Origin: Mobula hypostoma
Taxonomy: Eukaryota
DNA length: 64,000 nt
Direction: 5' to 3'
NCBI RefSeq assembly: GCF_963921235.1
Contig: NC_086101.1
Span: 4,218,001-4,282,000 of the forward strand
Part shown: positions 1-13,532 of the stretch, in pieces
Layout of the letters: every line of letters begins with the position of its first letter
Position numbering within the stretch: the first letter of the stretch is position 1
Position numbers and translations under genes: made by a program
The notes under the pieces: generated by a model
The model's input: only the letters and a program-made list of their open reading frames with translations
Databases searched by the model: none
Told to the model about the DNA's origin: nothing

Positions 1-300
1 CATGAACGTCGAGAGGTGGGAGGACATCGCAAGCGATCGCTCTCACTGGAGGCTGGAACTACACAGAGGTCTAAAAAGAGGAGAAGAGAAGCTGAGGCTT
101 GCTGCTGGAGAAAAGCGCACTCATCGGGAAAACAGCACCAAGACAACACTGGAGGACAGCGCCTTCAAGTGCAGTCGCTGCAGCCGAGACTGTCACTCCG
201 GTGTGGGCCTCTACAGCCACAACAGACGCTGCTCTAACACAGACTGAAGCAAGACTTTCCAGGCGCAGATCCATGGTCTCGCGAGACTAACGGATGACAC
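1..300 (+). mobile_element. 3' end of an RTE-clade LINE (ORF C-terminus and short 3' UTR)
   Basis: ORF 2-247: WEDIASDRSHWR...FKCSRCSRDCHSGVGLYSHNRRC, the RTE-type C-terminal C2H2 region. The tail agactttccaggcgcagatccatggtc..agactaacggatg is shared with the SINEs at 59400 and 63038. Confidence 0.8.
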
Positions 301-2040
301 CACATCCTGCACCTTCCTCATTTTTCTATTTCTGCTCTGTAGTTACCCCTGCCAGCATCTCCTTCGAAGTTACTTTGGCCAATTTCTCTCTCATACCACT
401 GTAATTTCCTTTACTCCACTGAAATACTGTTACATCAGACTTTACTTTCTCCCTGTCAAATTTCACGTTGAATTCAATCGTATTGTGATCACTGCTTCCT
501 AAAAGTTTATTTTACCTTTAGCTCTCTAATCACCTCTGGTTTGTTACATAACACCCAATCCAATACAGCTGATCCCCAGTAGGCTCAACGACAAACTGCT
601 CTAAAAAGCCATCTCATAGGCATTCAACAAACTCATTCTCTTGAGGTCCCTTACCAACCTGATTTTCCCAATTGACCTGCAAGTTGAAATCTCCCATGAC
701 TACCATAACATTACCCTTTTGACTTGCCTTTTCTATTTCCTGTTGTAAACTGAGCCACATCCCAGCCACTGTTGGGAGGCCTGTATATAACTGCCATCAA
801 TGTTCTTTTACCCTTTGCAGTTTCTTAACCCAACCCACAAGGATTCAACAGCTTCCGATCCTGTGTCACATCTTTCTACTGATTTGATGCCATTCTTTAC
901 CAGTAGAGCCACACCACCCCCTCTGTCTACCTTCCTATCACTCTGATATAATGTGTAACCTTGGACATTCAGCTCCCAACTACAACCATCCTTCAGCCAC
1001 GATTCAGTGATGGCCACAACATCATACCTGGCAATCTGTAATAGTGCAACAAGATTATCCACCTTATTTCTTATACTCCGTTCATTTAGATACAACACCT
1101 TGAGTACCATATTTGCTACCCTTTTTGATTCTGCATCCCTAATACAATGATACTCAGCCTGTTGGCTGCAACTCAGTCCCATCACCTGTCTGCTCTTCCT
1201 GACAGTCTGACTGCACGTTATCTTTGTTTTTTTTAACCATGTCCTTTCCTGAGCCCCTTCACTCTGGTTCTCACCCCCCTGCCAAGTTAGTTTAAACCCT
1301 CCCCAACAGCTCTAACAAACCTGCCCGCGAGAATATTGGTTCCCCTCGGTTCCAGGTGCAACCGGTCACTTTTGAACAGGTCATACCTCCCCCAGAAGAG
1401 ATCCCAATGATCCAAAAACCTGAAGCCGTGTCCCTGCACCAGCTTCTCAGCCACACATTTATCTGCCAAATCATCCTGTTTCTACCCTCACTGGCGAATG
1501 GCACAGGTAGCAATCCAGAAATTACTACCTGGGGGGTCCTGCTTCTCAGCTTTCTACCTAGCTCTCTAAAATCTCTTTTCAGGACCTCTTTGCTTTTCCT
1601 TCCTATGTCGTTGGTACCAATATGTACCAAGACATCTGGCTACAATCTGGGGTGGATGCAATCTGAGACCATGGCACCTGGGAGGCAACATACTATCCAA
1701 GTGTCCCGTTCATACCCACAGAATCTACTCTCTGTTCCTCTGACTACTGAGTCCCCTATCACTACCACTCCCCTCTTCACCCTCTTTCCCTTCCGCACCG
1801 TGGACCCATGCTCAGTGCTAGTAACCTGGTCTAGGTGGCATTCCCCTGAGAGGTCATCCCCCACGACAGTATCCAAAATGGTATACCTATTATTGAGAGA
1901 ATGGCTACAGGGGTGCTCTGCTCTAACTGCCTATTCACATTTCCATTTCTCCTGACAATCACACATCTACTCGCCTCCTGCAGCTTCAGGGTGACCACTT
2001 CCCTGTAACTCTGATCGATTATCTCCTCCGTCCCCATACA
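301..2040 (-). mobile_element. Degenerate CR1 LINE, 5' part: ORF1 with SGNH esterase domain and start of ORF2 AP-endonuclease
   Basis: Broken ORFs give VIGDSVVRG, HIGTNDIG and FKSDRLHL (SGNH/GDSL blocks) and LYLNERSIRNK..YDVVAITESWL..DRKVDRGGGVALLVK (APE domain). Confidence 0.85.
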
Positions 2041-2415
2041 TTGATGGCTCTGGGCAGTATTCACTGGAATTTAGAAGAATGAGGGCTGACCTAATTGAAA
2101 CCTATGAAAGGCCTTGATAGAGTGAACATGTCCAGGCTATTTCCTATGGTGGGAGAGTCTAAGACCAGAGGACACAGCCTTTTAGAATGGAGATGAGGAG
2201 GAATTTCTTTAGCCAGGGAGAGATGAATCTATGGAATTCTTTGCCACAGGCAGCTGTGGAGGCCAAGACTTCATGTCGGAGGTTGATAGGTCAGGGCATG
2301 AAGGGATACAGGGAGAAGGCAGGAGACTGGGGCTGAGAGGAGGAACGAATCGGCGATGGCCGAGCAGACTCGATGGGCCGAATGGCCTGATTCTGCTCCT
2401 GTGTCTTATGGTCTA
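2040..2415 (+). mobile_element. CR1 3' fragment
   Basis: ggcagtattcactggaatttagaagaatgagg...aggaatttctttagccag... ending in the CR1 tail tctgctcctgtgtcttatggtct. Confidence 0.75.
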
Positions 2416-3059
2416 GTACAGGTTCAGAGTTATTTATCACAAGCACATCAAAACATACATTGCGTTAACAACCAACACAATCTGAAGATGTGCTGCAACG
2501 TCCAGAATAGAACCACACAAGCAACAAAAACAAGACAAAAATCAGCAAAACCAGAGAGGCCTCCAACACTCACACGACAGCGAGGCCTCCGACCCCAGGT
2601 CAGGTTGCCCCAGGTCTGCCTCCATGCTCAATTGTGCAAGTGAGACCGCACGTTCCAGCTAATTACTGTTTCATCCTGGTGGGATTTAACTCCCTGCTTT
2701 TCGTTGTAGGCTTGTCAATACTTAACCAAAAGCACAGCAACACTTATACTCTCTTCTTATCCTCGTCCTTGTCTGGGAAGCAGCCAGTTAGTTTCGACTG
2801 ATGCTGGAAAGGAGCGGTATTCATTTGGTACGTAAATGCAGTGTTGGCATTTTAACTACCAGTCTGAGATTTTTAGTTAACAGCCCTATTGGCCTCGCAT
2901 TTATTTCAATTTTCAATTTTTTTTTCCTTCTCCCCCATCTGTCCCCTTCCCTCTTTCCACTTCCCTCCCTGCATCCTTTTCCTCTGCACCAACAGTCTCT
3001 GCCACTAATCCGAACGAGAACCAGCTCCCGTGTCCGTTCCAGAACCACCACCAGGCAGA

Positions 3060-3505
3060 GAACCTAGTAACGCTGATGGCTGCAGGGACTTCTTTACACG
3101 GTGTGAGCTGACCTTCTGAGCCCAGTTTGGTTGGTTTGGTGATGCTGCACATAAACTGCCAACATGGTAGATCTCCTGGCTGCAGATCTCCCCTGCAGCC
3201 CACTCGTTCCCTATTCTTTGAATCACCATCTGACCTCATCCTCTCCTTCATCACCCAGCACTCGGTCCATGGAGGAACCGATGCAAGTGAGGCACAGGTG
3301 CCTATCTCAGGAGGAACGAGATCGGCAGAGCAGACCTGGATCCTGCTGCCAATGTGGTGATCCAGGATATTTCTGTGCCTAATGTCCCAAGCATCCTGTA
3401 AAAGAGGGTACCCATCAGCAGGGAGGGGAGTCCTGACAGGTCGGTTCTCCATGCAATGAGCTTCCCCTCAGGGTGTGTTACTCCCATCTTCCTTGTTGTG
3501 GGGGT
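3060..3505 (+). mobile_element. Gypsy (Sushi-like) LTR retrotransposon gag remnant
   Basis: EEPMQV..LSQEERDRQSRPGSCCQCGDPGYFCA*CP is a decayed gag CCHC-knuckle region. It appears to continue as pol at ~6760 after a CR1 insertion. Confidence 0.65.
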
Positions 3506-3506
3506 C

Positions 3507-6320
3507 TCAGACCATAAGACATAGAAGCAAAATTAGGCCATTCAGCCCCTTGAGTCTCCTCTGCTGTTCCAGCTCTGGATAGCCCCACCAGAGGAAACAT
3601 CCTCTCCACATCCACCCTATCTAGTCCTTTCAACATTCGATAGGCTTCAATATGATCCCCTGGCATTCTCCTAAATTCCAGTGAGTACTGGCCCAAAGCC
3701 GCCAAATGTTCCTCATATGTTAACTCCTTCACTCCCAGGATCATCCTAGTGAACCTCCTCTGGACTCTCTCCAATGACAACACATCCTTTCTGAAATATG
3801 GGGCCCAAAACTATTGATAATACTCTAAGTGCAGCCTGACAAGTGCCTTATAAAGGCTCAGCATTATCTCCTTGCTTTAATATTCTATTCCCCTTGAAAT
3901 AAATGGCAACATTGCAATTGACTTCTTTCCCACAGATTCAACCTATAAATTAACCTTCTGGGAGTCTTGCACAAGGAGTCCTAAGTCCCTCTGTACCTCT
4001 GATGTTTGAACCTTCTTCCCATTTAGATAATAGTCTTCCTTTCAACAAAATGCATTATCATACATTTCCTAATATTGTATTCTATCTGCTACTTTTTTGC
4101 TCATTCTTCCAATTTGTCTAAGTCCTTCTGCAATCGCATCGCTTCCTCAGCACTACCTACCCCTCCACCTATCTTTGTATCACCTGCAAATTTTCCCAGA
4201 AAGCCATCAATTCCATTATCCAAATCATTGACAAATAATGTGAAAAGTAGCAGTCCCAATACTCACCCCTGAGAAACACCACTAGTGACTGGCAGCCAAC
4301 CAGAAAAGGCCCCTTCTATTCCCACTCTCTGCCTCCTGCCTGTCAGCCATTCTTCTATCCATGCCAGTATCTTTCCTGTAAGACTATAGAATTTTATCCT
4401 GTTTATCAGCCTTGTGTGGCACCTTATCAAACGCCTTCTGAAAATCCAAGTAAATGACATTCACTGCCTCTCCTTTGTCCACCCTGCCTGTTACTTCCTA
4501 TGAGCTCTAACAGATTTGTTAGGCAAGATTTCCCTTGACAGAAACCATGTTGACTTTGAATTATTTTATCATTAGTCTCCAAGTCCCCAGAAATCTCATC
4601 CTTAAGAATAGACTCCAACACTTTCCCAGCCACTGAGGTTAGGATAAATGGCCTATAACCTTTATGGTCTCTTTTCTCTTCCCCCCTTCTTAAAGAGTGG
4701 AGTGACAATTGCAATCTTCTAGTTCTCCAGGACCATGCCAGAATCAAGTGATTCTTGAAAGACCATGACCAATGCATCCGTTATCTCTTCAGCAACTTCT
4801 CTCAGCACTCTGGGATGTAGTCCATCTGGTCCAGGTGACTTATCCACCTTAAGACCTTTGAGTTTGCCTAGCACTTTTGTCTTTGTAATATCAATGGCAC
4901 TCACTCCTGCTCCCTGATACCACGGACCTCTGGCACACTGCTGGTGTCTTCCAAAATGAAGACGGATGCAAAATACCCGTTAATTTCATCTGCCATTTCT
5001 TTGTCTCCCATTACTACCTCACCAGCATCATTTTCCAACTCTCACCTCCCTTCTACTCTTTATAAAATTGAAAAAAAAACACTTCTGGTATTCTGCTCTA
5101 TATTATTGGCTAGTTTGCCCTCATATTTCATCTTTTCCTTTCTTGTAGCTTTTTTAGTTGCCTTTTGTTGGATTGTAAAAGCTTCCCAATCATGCAATTT
5201 TCCACTCAATTTTACTACCTTATATGCCCTTAGCTTGGCTTTTATGCAGTCCTTAACTTTCCTTGTAGCCACGGTTGTCTACACCTGCCATTTGAGAACT
5301 TCTTCTGTGCATCTATCCTCTGACTTGTGAACTATTCCCAGAAACTTCAGCCATCTCTGCTCTGCCATCATCATCCCCACGAGTATCCTCCTCCAATCCA
5401 CCTGGGCAAGCTCCTCTCTCATGCCTCTGTAATTCCCTTTATTCCATTGCGATACTGATACATGTGACTTATGCTTCTCTCTCTCGAATTGCAGATCGAA
5501 TTCAATCATATTATCATCACTGCCTCCTAAGGGTTCCTTTAGGTTAAGCTCCCTAATAAGGTCAGGGTTAATACACAACATCCAATCAAAGATAGTGGGC
5601 TCAAGCACAAGCTGCTCTAAAATCCATCTCATAGGCATTCAATAAATTCCCTCTCTTGCTATCCAACACTAATCTGATTTTCCCAAATCCCCTTGCATAT
5701 TGAAATCCCCCATTACAATTGTGTCATTACCATTATTACAAGCCTTTTCCAGCTCCCTTTGCAAACTCAACCCCAAGTCTTCACTACTATTTAGAGGCCT
5801 ATATATGATTCCCGCGTTTTTTTACCATTGTAGATTCTTAACAGTACCCACAAAGATTTGACGTTCTCTGACCCTATTTTACCTCCTTCTAAAGATGTAA
5901 TTCCATCTTTTACCAACAGACCCACACCGCCACCTATGCCTTCCTACCTGTCCTTTTGATACAAAGTATATGCTTTGTTGTTAAGCTCCCAACTATGGCC
6001 TTCTTTCAGCCACGACTCAGTGATGCCCACAACATCAAACCGACCAATCTCTAATTGTGCTATGAATTCAACCACCTTATTCTGAATGCCACTCACATTT
6101 AAATACAGCACTTTCAGTCCTGCATTCTTTGCCCTTTTGAATCTTGCCTCTGTGGTACAATTTAACTGTTTACTCTGTCTGCATCGGTACCCAATCATTG
6201 GCTTGTCCTTCCTTACATTCATGTTACCGCCATCACCTACTTGTAAACCTGCTGGCTCATCCTCAGTTCTATCATCCTGGTTCCCACCTCCCTGCCATGT
6301 TAGTTTAAACCACTCACAAC
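3507..6320 (-). mobile_element. Degenerate CR1 LINE ORF2 (endonuclease + RT + 3' tail)
   Basis: Fragments LYLNVSGIQNK..FDVVGITESWL, KSPGPDGLHPRVLRE, YRPFILTSVAGK, SQHGF, VTSGVSQG, LERVQRRFTRMI; tail agaccataagacatagaagc at 3508. Confidence 0.9.
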
Positions 6321-6329
6321 AAAAGAACT

Positions 6330-6750
6330 GCTAGTTCATCTAAAGCGGAGTGTCTTAATGAAGGCGTAGAAACAGCTGCACCAAAAGCTCATGAGGTCAG
6401 GAGCACGCAGTTAGGAGAAATATTTATGTACACCATGGAAACTGCTGTTACTTGTGTGTATTGGCTGATGCAAAAGTTGCTGGAGAATTCGTAAGTGCGA
6501 AGGTGTGGAGTGATATTTGGAATCTTGACCTCTTAAAGCATCATTTAGCAAGCACATCACATATGGCATTTGGACGCTGTGCGAGAAAATCCTTCATTAC
6601 CCAATACAGGCCTGCTACGTATGTTTTGTGAGCATGCAGATGAACAAGAGCGAAAATGATCATACCCAGAAGCGATCAAAGTTCTTATTGACAGTGTTTT
6701 GTTGGCTATTAAAATGAATAAAATTCAGCGTGCACATGTCACTGGGCAAA
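6330..6750 (+). mobile_element. Possible hAT-like transposase fragment (decayed)
   Basis: Frame-broken translation ..TCVY..AGEFVSAKVWSDIWNLDLLKHHLASTSHM..EAIKVLIDSVLLAIKMN resembles the TTF-type zinc finger N-terminus of hAT/ZNF862-like proteins. No TIRs found. Confidence 0.3.
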
Positions 6751-6759
6751 GAATTGCAC

Positions 6760-8270
6760 AGCACAAGAGTTTTACTTGGACTCGTCATTACAACTCACTG
6801 GGAACATTGGGGACCGGTATTCCCTTTACCTGTCTAGGTCCAGCTCAAGCCTCGGACTGGAAATCCCCTCGTGTATCAACTACTGATGTGGACCTGTCTG
6901 GGATTCTGGCTGAATATATTGATCTTGTCGAGGTCTTCAGTACGAAAAAAGGCCACCTCCCTGCCTCCATACCGGCCGTACGACTGCGCTATTGACCTCT
7001 TACCCGGTGCTAGTCCTCCCCGGGACTGGCTCTTTCATTGCTCTCATCCAGAAACGATGACCTCCAAAGTATAAAGGAAGTATTGGTCTTGGAGTTTATC
7101 CGTCTGTCAACCTTGTCAGCAGGAGCGAGCTTCTTTTTTGTGAGCAAGGATGGCAAGCTTCATCCCTGCATTATCGGCCCCTCAACAATTCACTGTGAAG
7201 AACCGCTACCCCCTTCCTCTGCTTGCCTCTGCGTTCAAACCTCTCCAGGGAGCAATCATATTTTCCACGATAAATCTGTGCAATGCTTAGAACCTGGTTG
7301 GTACCAGAGAAAGGGACGAGTTGAAAATGGCTTTCAACACCTTCCCTGGCCACTATGAGTAACTTGTGATGCCCTTTGGTCTGGCCAATGCCCCCGCTGT
7401 TTTTCAGGCTCTCGTCAACAATGTCCCAACCTGTTTTTTTTTGGGTATTTGGACGACATTCTGATCTATTCCCCCTCCAACCAGGAACAGGTCCAGCACG
7501 TCCAGAGGGTTCGCAGACGGCTGCTCGAGATTCATTTATATGCCAAGCCAGAAAAGTGCGAGTTCCAAAAAGACCAGGTGTCACTTTTGGGCTACGTACT
7601 TATATCTGCCAGTGTTCAAATGGAACTGAGTGAAGTTTAGGCGGTTACGGACTGACCCAAACCACCTACGGTCAAACTGGTGCAGCGCTTCATGGGGTTT
7701 GCAAACTTTTATCACCACCTTATCCGAAATTTCAGCTCAGTTGCACCCCCCATAAATACGCTCACCAAGAAGACTTCTACAGGATTCCACTGGACAAGCA
7801 AAGCAGGCCAAGCATTCTCGGAACGAAAGCAAAGCTTCACCACTACCCCAATGCTGCAGCACCCAGACGCATTCCAGCATTCATAGTCAGAGTCGTCGCA
7901 TCAGATGTCGGCAATAGAGTCGTACTCTCTCAGTGCTCTTCAGCGAATAACCTGCTGCACAATTGTGCCTTTCTTTCCCGTTGCTTGACTCCGACCACGA
8001 TGCCAGAAACCGAGGACTTCTGGAGGTCAAGGAGGCCCTGAAAGAATGGCGACACTGGCTGGAGAGGGCAGAGCATCTGTTATTGGTTTGGACTGATCAC
8101 AAGAACCTCTCCTACTTTCCTGACGCAAAGAGATTCGACTCCCGTCAAGCCCGTCGGGCTCTGTTCTTCATCTGGTTTAATCACATCCTCACCTATCATT
8201 CCGGCAGCAAGAATACAATGGCCAACAACCTCTCTCGGCATTTCGACAGATCTGAGGACAATGCCACTGC
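6760..8270 (+). mobile_element. Gypsy (Sushi-like) pol remnant: RT and RNase H
   Basis: [90 protein letters not shown]. Many stops and frameshifts. Confidence 0.85.
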
Positions 8271-9049
8271 ACGGGATCAGGAAAAGCAGCAAGAAGTTGA
8301 AAACACAGCCAGCTCCATCGTGGGCACTATCCTCCTCAGCAACCAACACCACCAAAAGATGATGCTTAATGAGGGCGCATCTGTCATTAAGGACCCCCAT
8401 CACCCAGAACGCGCCCCCGTCTCATTGCTGTCCAGCAGCAAGCCTCACATAGTGCCTCCTCACTGGCAACACGTGGAAACTGACTCCTTTTGGACTCAGG
8501 CTGAATTACAGAGGACGGGGTGGAGGTCTGTCCCCTGGAACATGCAGCACGTGGGCCCACCAGTGTGTGGACACACCCTGGTGCTCATGAACCAGATCCC
8601 CGGCAATGGGTCAATAACCCCACTGTAGGCAGCCTTGGGAGAGATGAAGGCTATGGGAGTAAACCCCGACAGCAAATCCAGAGTGGAGTCCCTAAGGCGG
8701 CTGGACATTATTGAACGTCCTCCCAGCAGCTCCTGTAGCCAAGCTGCTGCCAAACGTATCACTTCATAAGCTTTCCTTTGGACTATAGTGCTGAGGCCCA
8801 GAGGGGGGGATCTTGAGAACTGGGGCATCTCAGGATCACCAGACCTTCTGCTCAGGCTTGTGATGATGATGATTATCACCTCTTTGTTCTTCCAGACAGA
8901 CAGATGCCAACCACTGTATATTTTAATTATTATGTATTACAATGTACTGCTGCCACAAAAATGGTTTGCGGGCTGTCTCTTCATACAAAGCAAAACCTAA
9001 CATCAGGAACAGCAGTGATGCTTCACTGCCAGATGAGCTCCACACCTCT

Positions 9050-9945
9050 TATGCTCGCTCTGAAAGAGAGCACCCAGTGACTCTGTGATCACTGTCTCGG
9101 ATGCCAGCGTCAGAGTATCTGAACCCTCGCACGGCATTAGGCCCTGATGGTGGGACTTTGAAAGTCTCCAACTGGTGGAGTGTTCAAGGGCATCTTCAAT
9201 CTCACACTGCTGCAGTTGGAGGGTCCCACCTCCTCCAAAAGGGCGACAATCCGACCACTGCCAATGAAGAGCAGGGTGAACTGTCCAGGGGCGCTCACAT
9301 CTACAGTGATGAAATGCTTTGAGGTTGTTCATGGCTATGATAACTCCAGTCTAAGCGAGGACCTGAATGAGCTGCAATTTTCCCATTACTACAATAGGTC
9401 TACAGCACATACAATTTCTCTGGTTCTTCACTTGGTGTTGAATCACCTTGACAACTACTGTCGGCACTGTTAGCCAGGCTGCTGTTTATTGATTACAGCT
9501 CAGTGTTCAACACAATAATACCCTCAGTTCTAATCAAAAAACCCTCTGTACCTCCGTAACCAGCATCGAGCACGTCTTCCAAAGATGATGCTTCAAAAAG
9601 ATGGCATCCATCAAGAAGGGCCCCCATAACCCAGGACGTGCTCTCTTCTCCTTGCTTCCTGCAGGGAGGAGGTACTGGAGCATGAAGACACACACTCAAT
9701 GTTTCAGGAACAGCTTCTTCCCCTCCACCATCAGATTTCTGAATGGGCAACCTCACTACCTGACCTTTTTTCTTTATTTTTGCTTTCTTTTCTGCATAAT
9801 TTTTCACTCAATCTATTTTGGGTTTTTTTTTCTTATTGTAATTCATATTTTCTTGAAATTATTATCTATTACAATGTACTAGTGCTGCAAAACAACAAAT
9901 TTCACAACATTTGCTAGTGATACTAAACCTGCTTCTGATTCTGAA
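9050..9945 (+). mobile_element. Rex1/Babar-like LINE remnants
   Basis: IFNLTLLQ..ALTSTVMKCFE, LLFIDYSSVFNTI, ALFSLLPAGRRY..FRNSFFPSTIRFLN; tail aaacctgcttctgattctga. Confidence 0.7.
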
Positions 9946-10495
9946 CAACCTAGGCACAGAAAGACATCTTTAGCTACATCCCCTCTGTTACTTTACCTTT
10001 AGATGTCAAAAGCAAAGCGAGGCCCAGACCAAGGCCCAGGTACAGTGCATTCATGCCTGGTTTCCACGGATGAATAATCCCTCCCTGGGAACGCTAAAGT
10101 CGGAGTTTCTTAGACAGAGGTCAGAGCTCCAAATGGAAAGCGAGGTGAGGGCAAGGGACTGTATACTTTTTGTTGATTCATTAACTCCATTGTAAACAGA
10201 GGTCCACAAACAGAACTTGTGTTTGTTTTTCACAAAGCAGTTCTTGTAAATTGTAGAGTCCATGGGCAGGCTGATAAGGCTGGGGGAAGAGAGAGGCACC
10301 AACTACAAATCAGAGCCCCATTAGAGGAGTAAGATTGGGAAAGAGCCAGGGAAAGGGAGAGACTCGGAACCCGATCCACAAAAGGCAACTGGGGCAACAG
10401 CCCATTGTAAAACACAGATGGGTTGATACATTCTTGAAAATGTACTGCAGGATTCCATAAGATCAGAAGTAGGCCATTCGGCCCATAGAGTCTCA

Positions 10496-10966
10496 AACAC
10501 ATGAACGTCTGCAGATGCTGGAAATCCACAGCAATGTGCATGAAGCGCTGGCGGAACTCGGTAGGTCAGGCAGTATCGATGGAAAGCAGAAAACAGATGT
10601 TTTGGTCCAAGACCCTTCCTCGGGAGGGGGGAAGGTGCCAGAATAAAAAGGTGGGGGGGGGGAGGGGAAAGAGGCGAGCTTGAAGATGATGGGTGAAACC
10701 AGGTGGGTGTGAAAGACCAAGGGTTGGAGAAGAAATAGTCTAATAGGAGAGGAGATTGTACCATAGGAGGAGGGGACCTAGGGGGAAGTAATAGGGAGGT
10801 AAGGGTGAATGAAAGGTCAGAGTGGGTGATAGAGAAAGATGAGTGGGGGAATTGTTCACTGGAAGGAGAAATCAATATTCATGCATTCAGCTTGGGGGTG
10901 GTGGGGTTGGGGGGATACCCAGATGGAATATAAGGTGTTGCTTCTCCATCCTGAGGGTGGACTCAC
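10496..10966 (-). mobile_element. Penelope-like element 3' remnant (end of GIY-YIG domain + pLTR)
   Basis: Minus strand STLRMEKQHLIFHLG, a polypyrimidine UTR, a degenerate hammerhead-like region near 10600-10625, and the terminus ccagcatctgcaga..gtgttt shared with other copies. Confidence 0.7.
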
Positions 10967-11790
10967 CTATAACTCTTTACATAACTGAAAAAAAACTTTC
11001 AGTTTCCTGCTTTATATTATTGCCTAGTTTGCCCTCATATTTCATCTTTTCCCTTATAGCCTTTTTAGTTGCCTTTTGTTGGATTTTAAAAGCTTCCCAA
11101 TCATCCAACTTTCCCACTCACCTTGTGTGCCCTTTTCTTGGCTGTTATGCAGTCCTTATCTTCCTTTGTCAGCCACAGTGGCCATACCTGTCATTTGAGA
11201 ACTTTTTCCTCTGTGGGAAAAATCTGCCCTGTGCCTTGTGAACTATTCCCAGAAACTTCAGCCATCTCTGCTCTGCCATCATCCCTGCCAGTATCCTCCT
11301 CCAATCCACCTGGGCAAGCTCCTCTCTCATGCCTCTGTAATTCCCTTTATTCCATTGTGATATTGATACATGTGTTTTATGCTTCTCCCTCTCAAATTGC
11401 CACATCAATTCAATCATATTATGATTACTACCTCCTCTTGGTTTCCTTTACACAAAGCTGACTAATAAAATCTGTGTTATTACACAACACCCAATCTAAA
11501 ATAGCCTTTCCTGAGTAGGCTCCAGCACAAGCTGATCTAAAAAAGCCATCTCGTAGGCATTCAACAAATCCCTTCTCTTGCTATCCAACAGTAACTTGAT
11601 TTTCCCAAATCCCCTTTCATATTGAAATCCCCCATTACAATTGTGTCATTACCATTATTGCATGCCTTTTCCAGCTCCCTTTGCAATCTCAAACCCAATT
11701 CTTCACTACTATATGATTCCCATGTATTTTGTTTTACCCTTGCAGTTTCTTAATGGCACCCACAAAGATTTAACATTCTCTGACCTCCAT
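10967..11790 (-). mobile_element. CR1 ORF2 fragment (endonuclease/linker)
   Basis: QFEREKHKTHVSISQWNKGNYRGMREELAQVDW; near-identical to 5050-5880. Confidence 0.8.
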
Positions 11791-13532
11791 GTTAACTCTT
11801 CATTATTTTCTGTTTCTTTAAGACCTACAACTTTGTTTTAAAGTTACAATTGAAGGAAGTGTCTTTTGCAAATGGGGTTTCAGAGTCAGGGTCCGGGTGG
11901 TAGTTTACATGTCATTGGTCTGACCAAGGTATTCCACTCTGGGGATACAAACAGGCCTCACAAATTTGCTCAACATTGGTGAACTGTCATATCAAGTTCA
12001 AGCTCAATTGTCATTCGACTATATCCATGTATGTTTCACGTATACATGTCTATGCTCACGAGAGCTATCCCAGGAATTAAAGAGTTAATGCATGAGGCAT
12101 ATTTGATGGCTCTAGGGGAATATGATTGAAACTTCTCCCCCATTGCTTTCCAGTCCTGATGAAGGGTCTCAGTCCAAAATGTTGAATCTGCTGCCTGACT
12201 TGCTGAGTTCCTCCAGCATATTGTGTGTGCTACTGAAACTTTGTTGTAAGATACACGGACAATACCTCACATGGTCGAGAAGTCTGGGACCAGGTGTCAG
12301 AGTCCTGGAAGTAACACAGCGGCTTTATGTTGAGTCGAGATTCCTCCACTCAGTGGGGTGTCTGAATCCCTGGAATTCTCTCTCTCTCCCAGAAGCCTTG
12401 GAGGCTCGGTTCATTCAGAAAAGCAATGGACATTGAGGTTAAATTAATAAGTTGGTTCATGCTTGCCACGTGTACCGGGATACAGTGAGAAACTCGCCTT
12501 GCATAGTGTTCATTACAACCGCTCACTCACCATACACAGTGAAGTGAAACAGCCACCCTCCAGGGCCAAGGTGTGGAACACAGAATGAGCAGTCACGCAC
12601 AGCACACTACTGCAGAATAGCAAAGACAAGAGAAAAAGCTAACAGCACAAGTCCTGGTGGCGTGCCTGCAGAATGACAATGCTCTGGAGCCACAATTCAG
12701 CAAGAACAAGCACACGGCAGTCCCTCACCTTCACGTTCATCGCTTCGGGGGGCAAAAGGCCACCAGTTCACTCAGGGCACGGTTCAGAGATAAACGACTA
12801 CGGGAACCATTTCTGTAATTTTCCGACTGGGTTGCACCATCACTGTGACCGTTACCAACCCTCGGTTAATATTAAACCATTGCAAAAACATTCCAGATCG
12901 TCACCACACTGGAACTGAGCATTGAAGATTGTGAAGATGCGGCTTGTCATATAAAACCTTAACTATCTTCTATACATGTGTGGTGGTCGCAGCCTGGGAT
13001 GCAAACAACGATGTCCTCGAGCAGAAAAGCCTACAGAGAGCAGTGGATACAGCCCAGTCCACCACAGGCAAAGCCCTCCCCACCATTATATAAATCAGTA
13101 GTGCAAATGAAAAAAGGTGATGTTCATGGGCAGATGCCGCTCCTAAAACGTTGAGCGTGTGTCTTCAGGCGCTTCACAAGTTGTGATAGATTACATCTCC
13201 ATCGCTCATTTTATACCTCAGATTCATAGATGGACTGTAAAACACAGTACTGAGGAGGTTGTGGGAATAGAACGCTGCTCAGCTGTGATCTCATAGGGTT
13301 CACTCTTTCCTGTTTCCCCTCAGTGAAGAGTTTGGAGATATGGGTAATGACAACATGCAAGTTATTGATAAAAGCAAAAGCCTTGGCTCCCAGTAGCTTT
13401 CTGCAAATAGCACTGAAGACTTGTGCTTCAGAACTTAAAACACAAGAGATTCTGTAGATGCTGGAAATCCAGAGCAATACACACAAAACGCTGGAGGAAC
13501 TCAGAATCCATGGAAATGAATAAACAGTCGAC

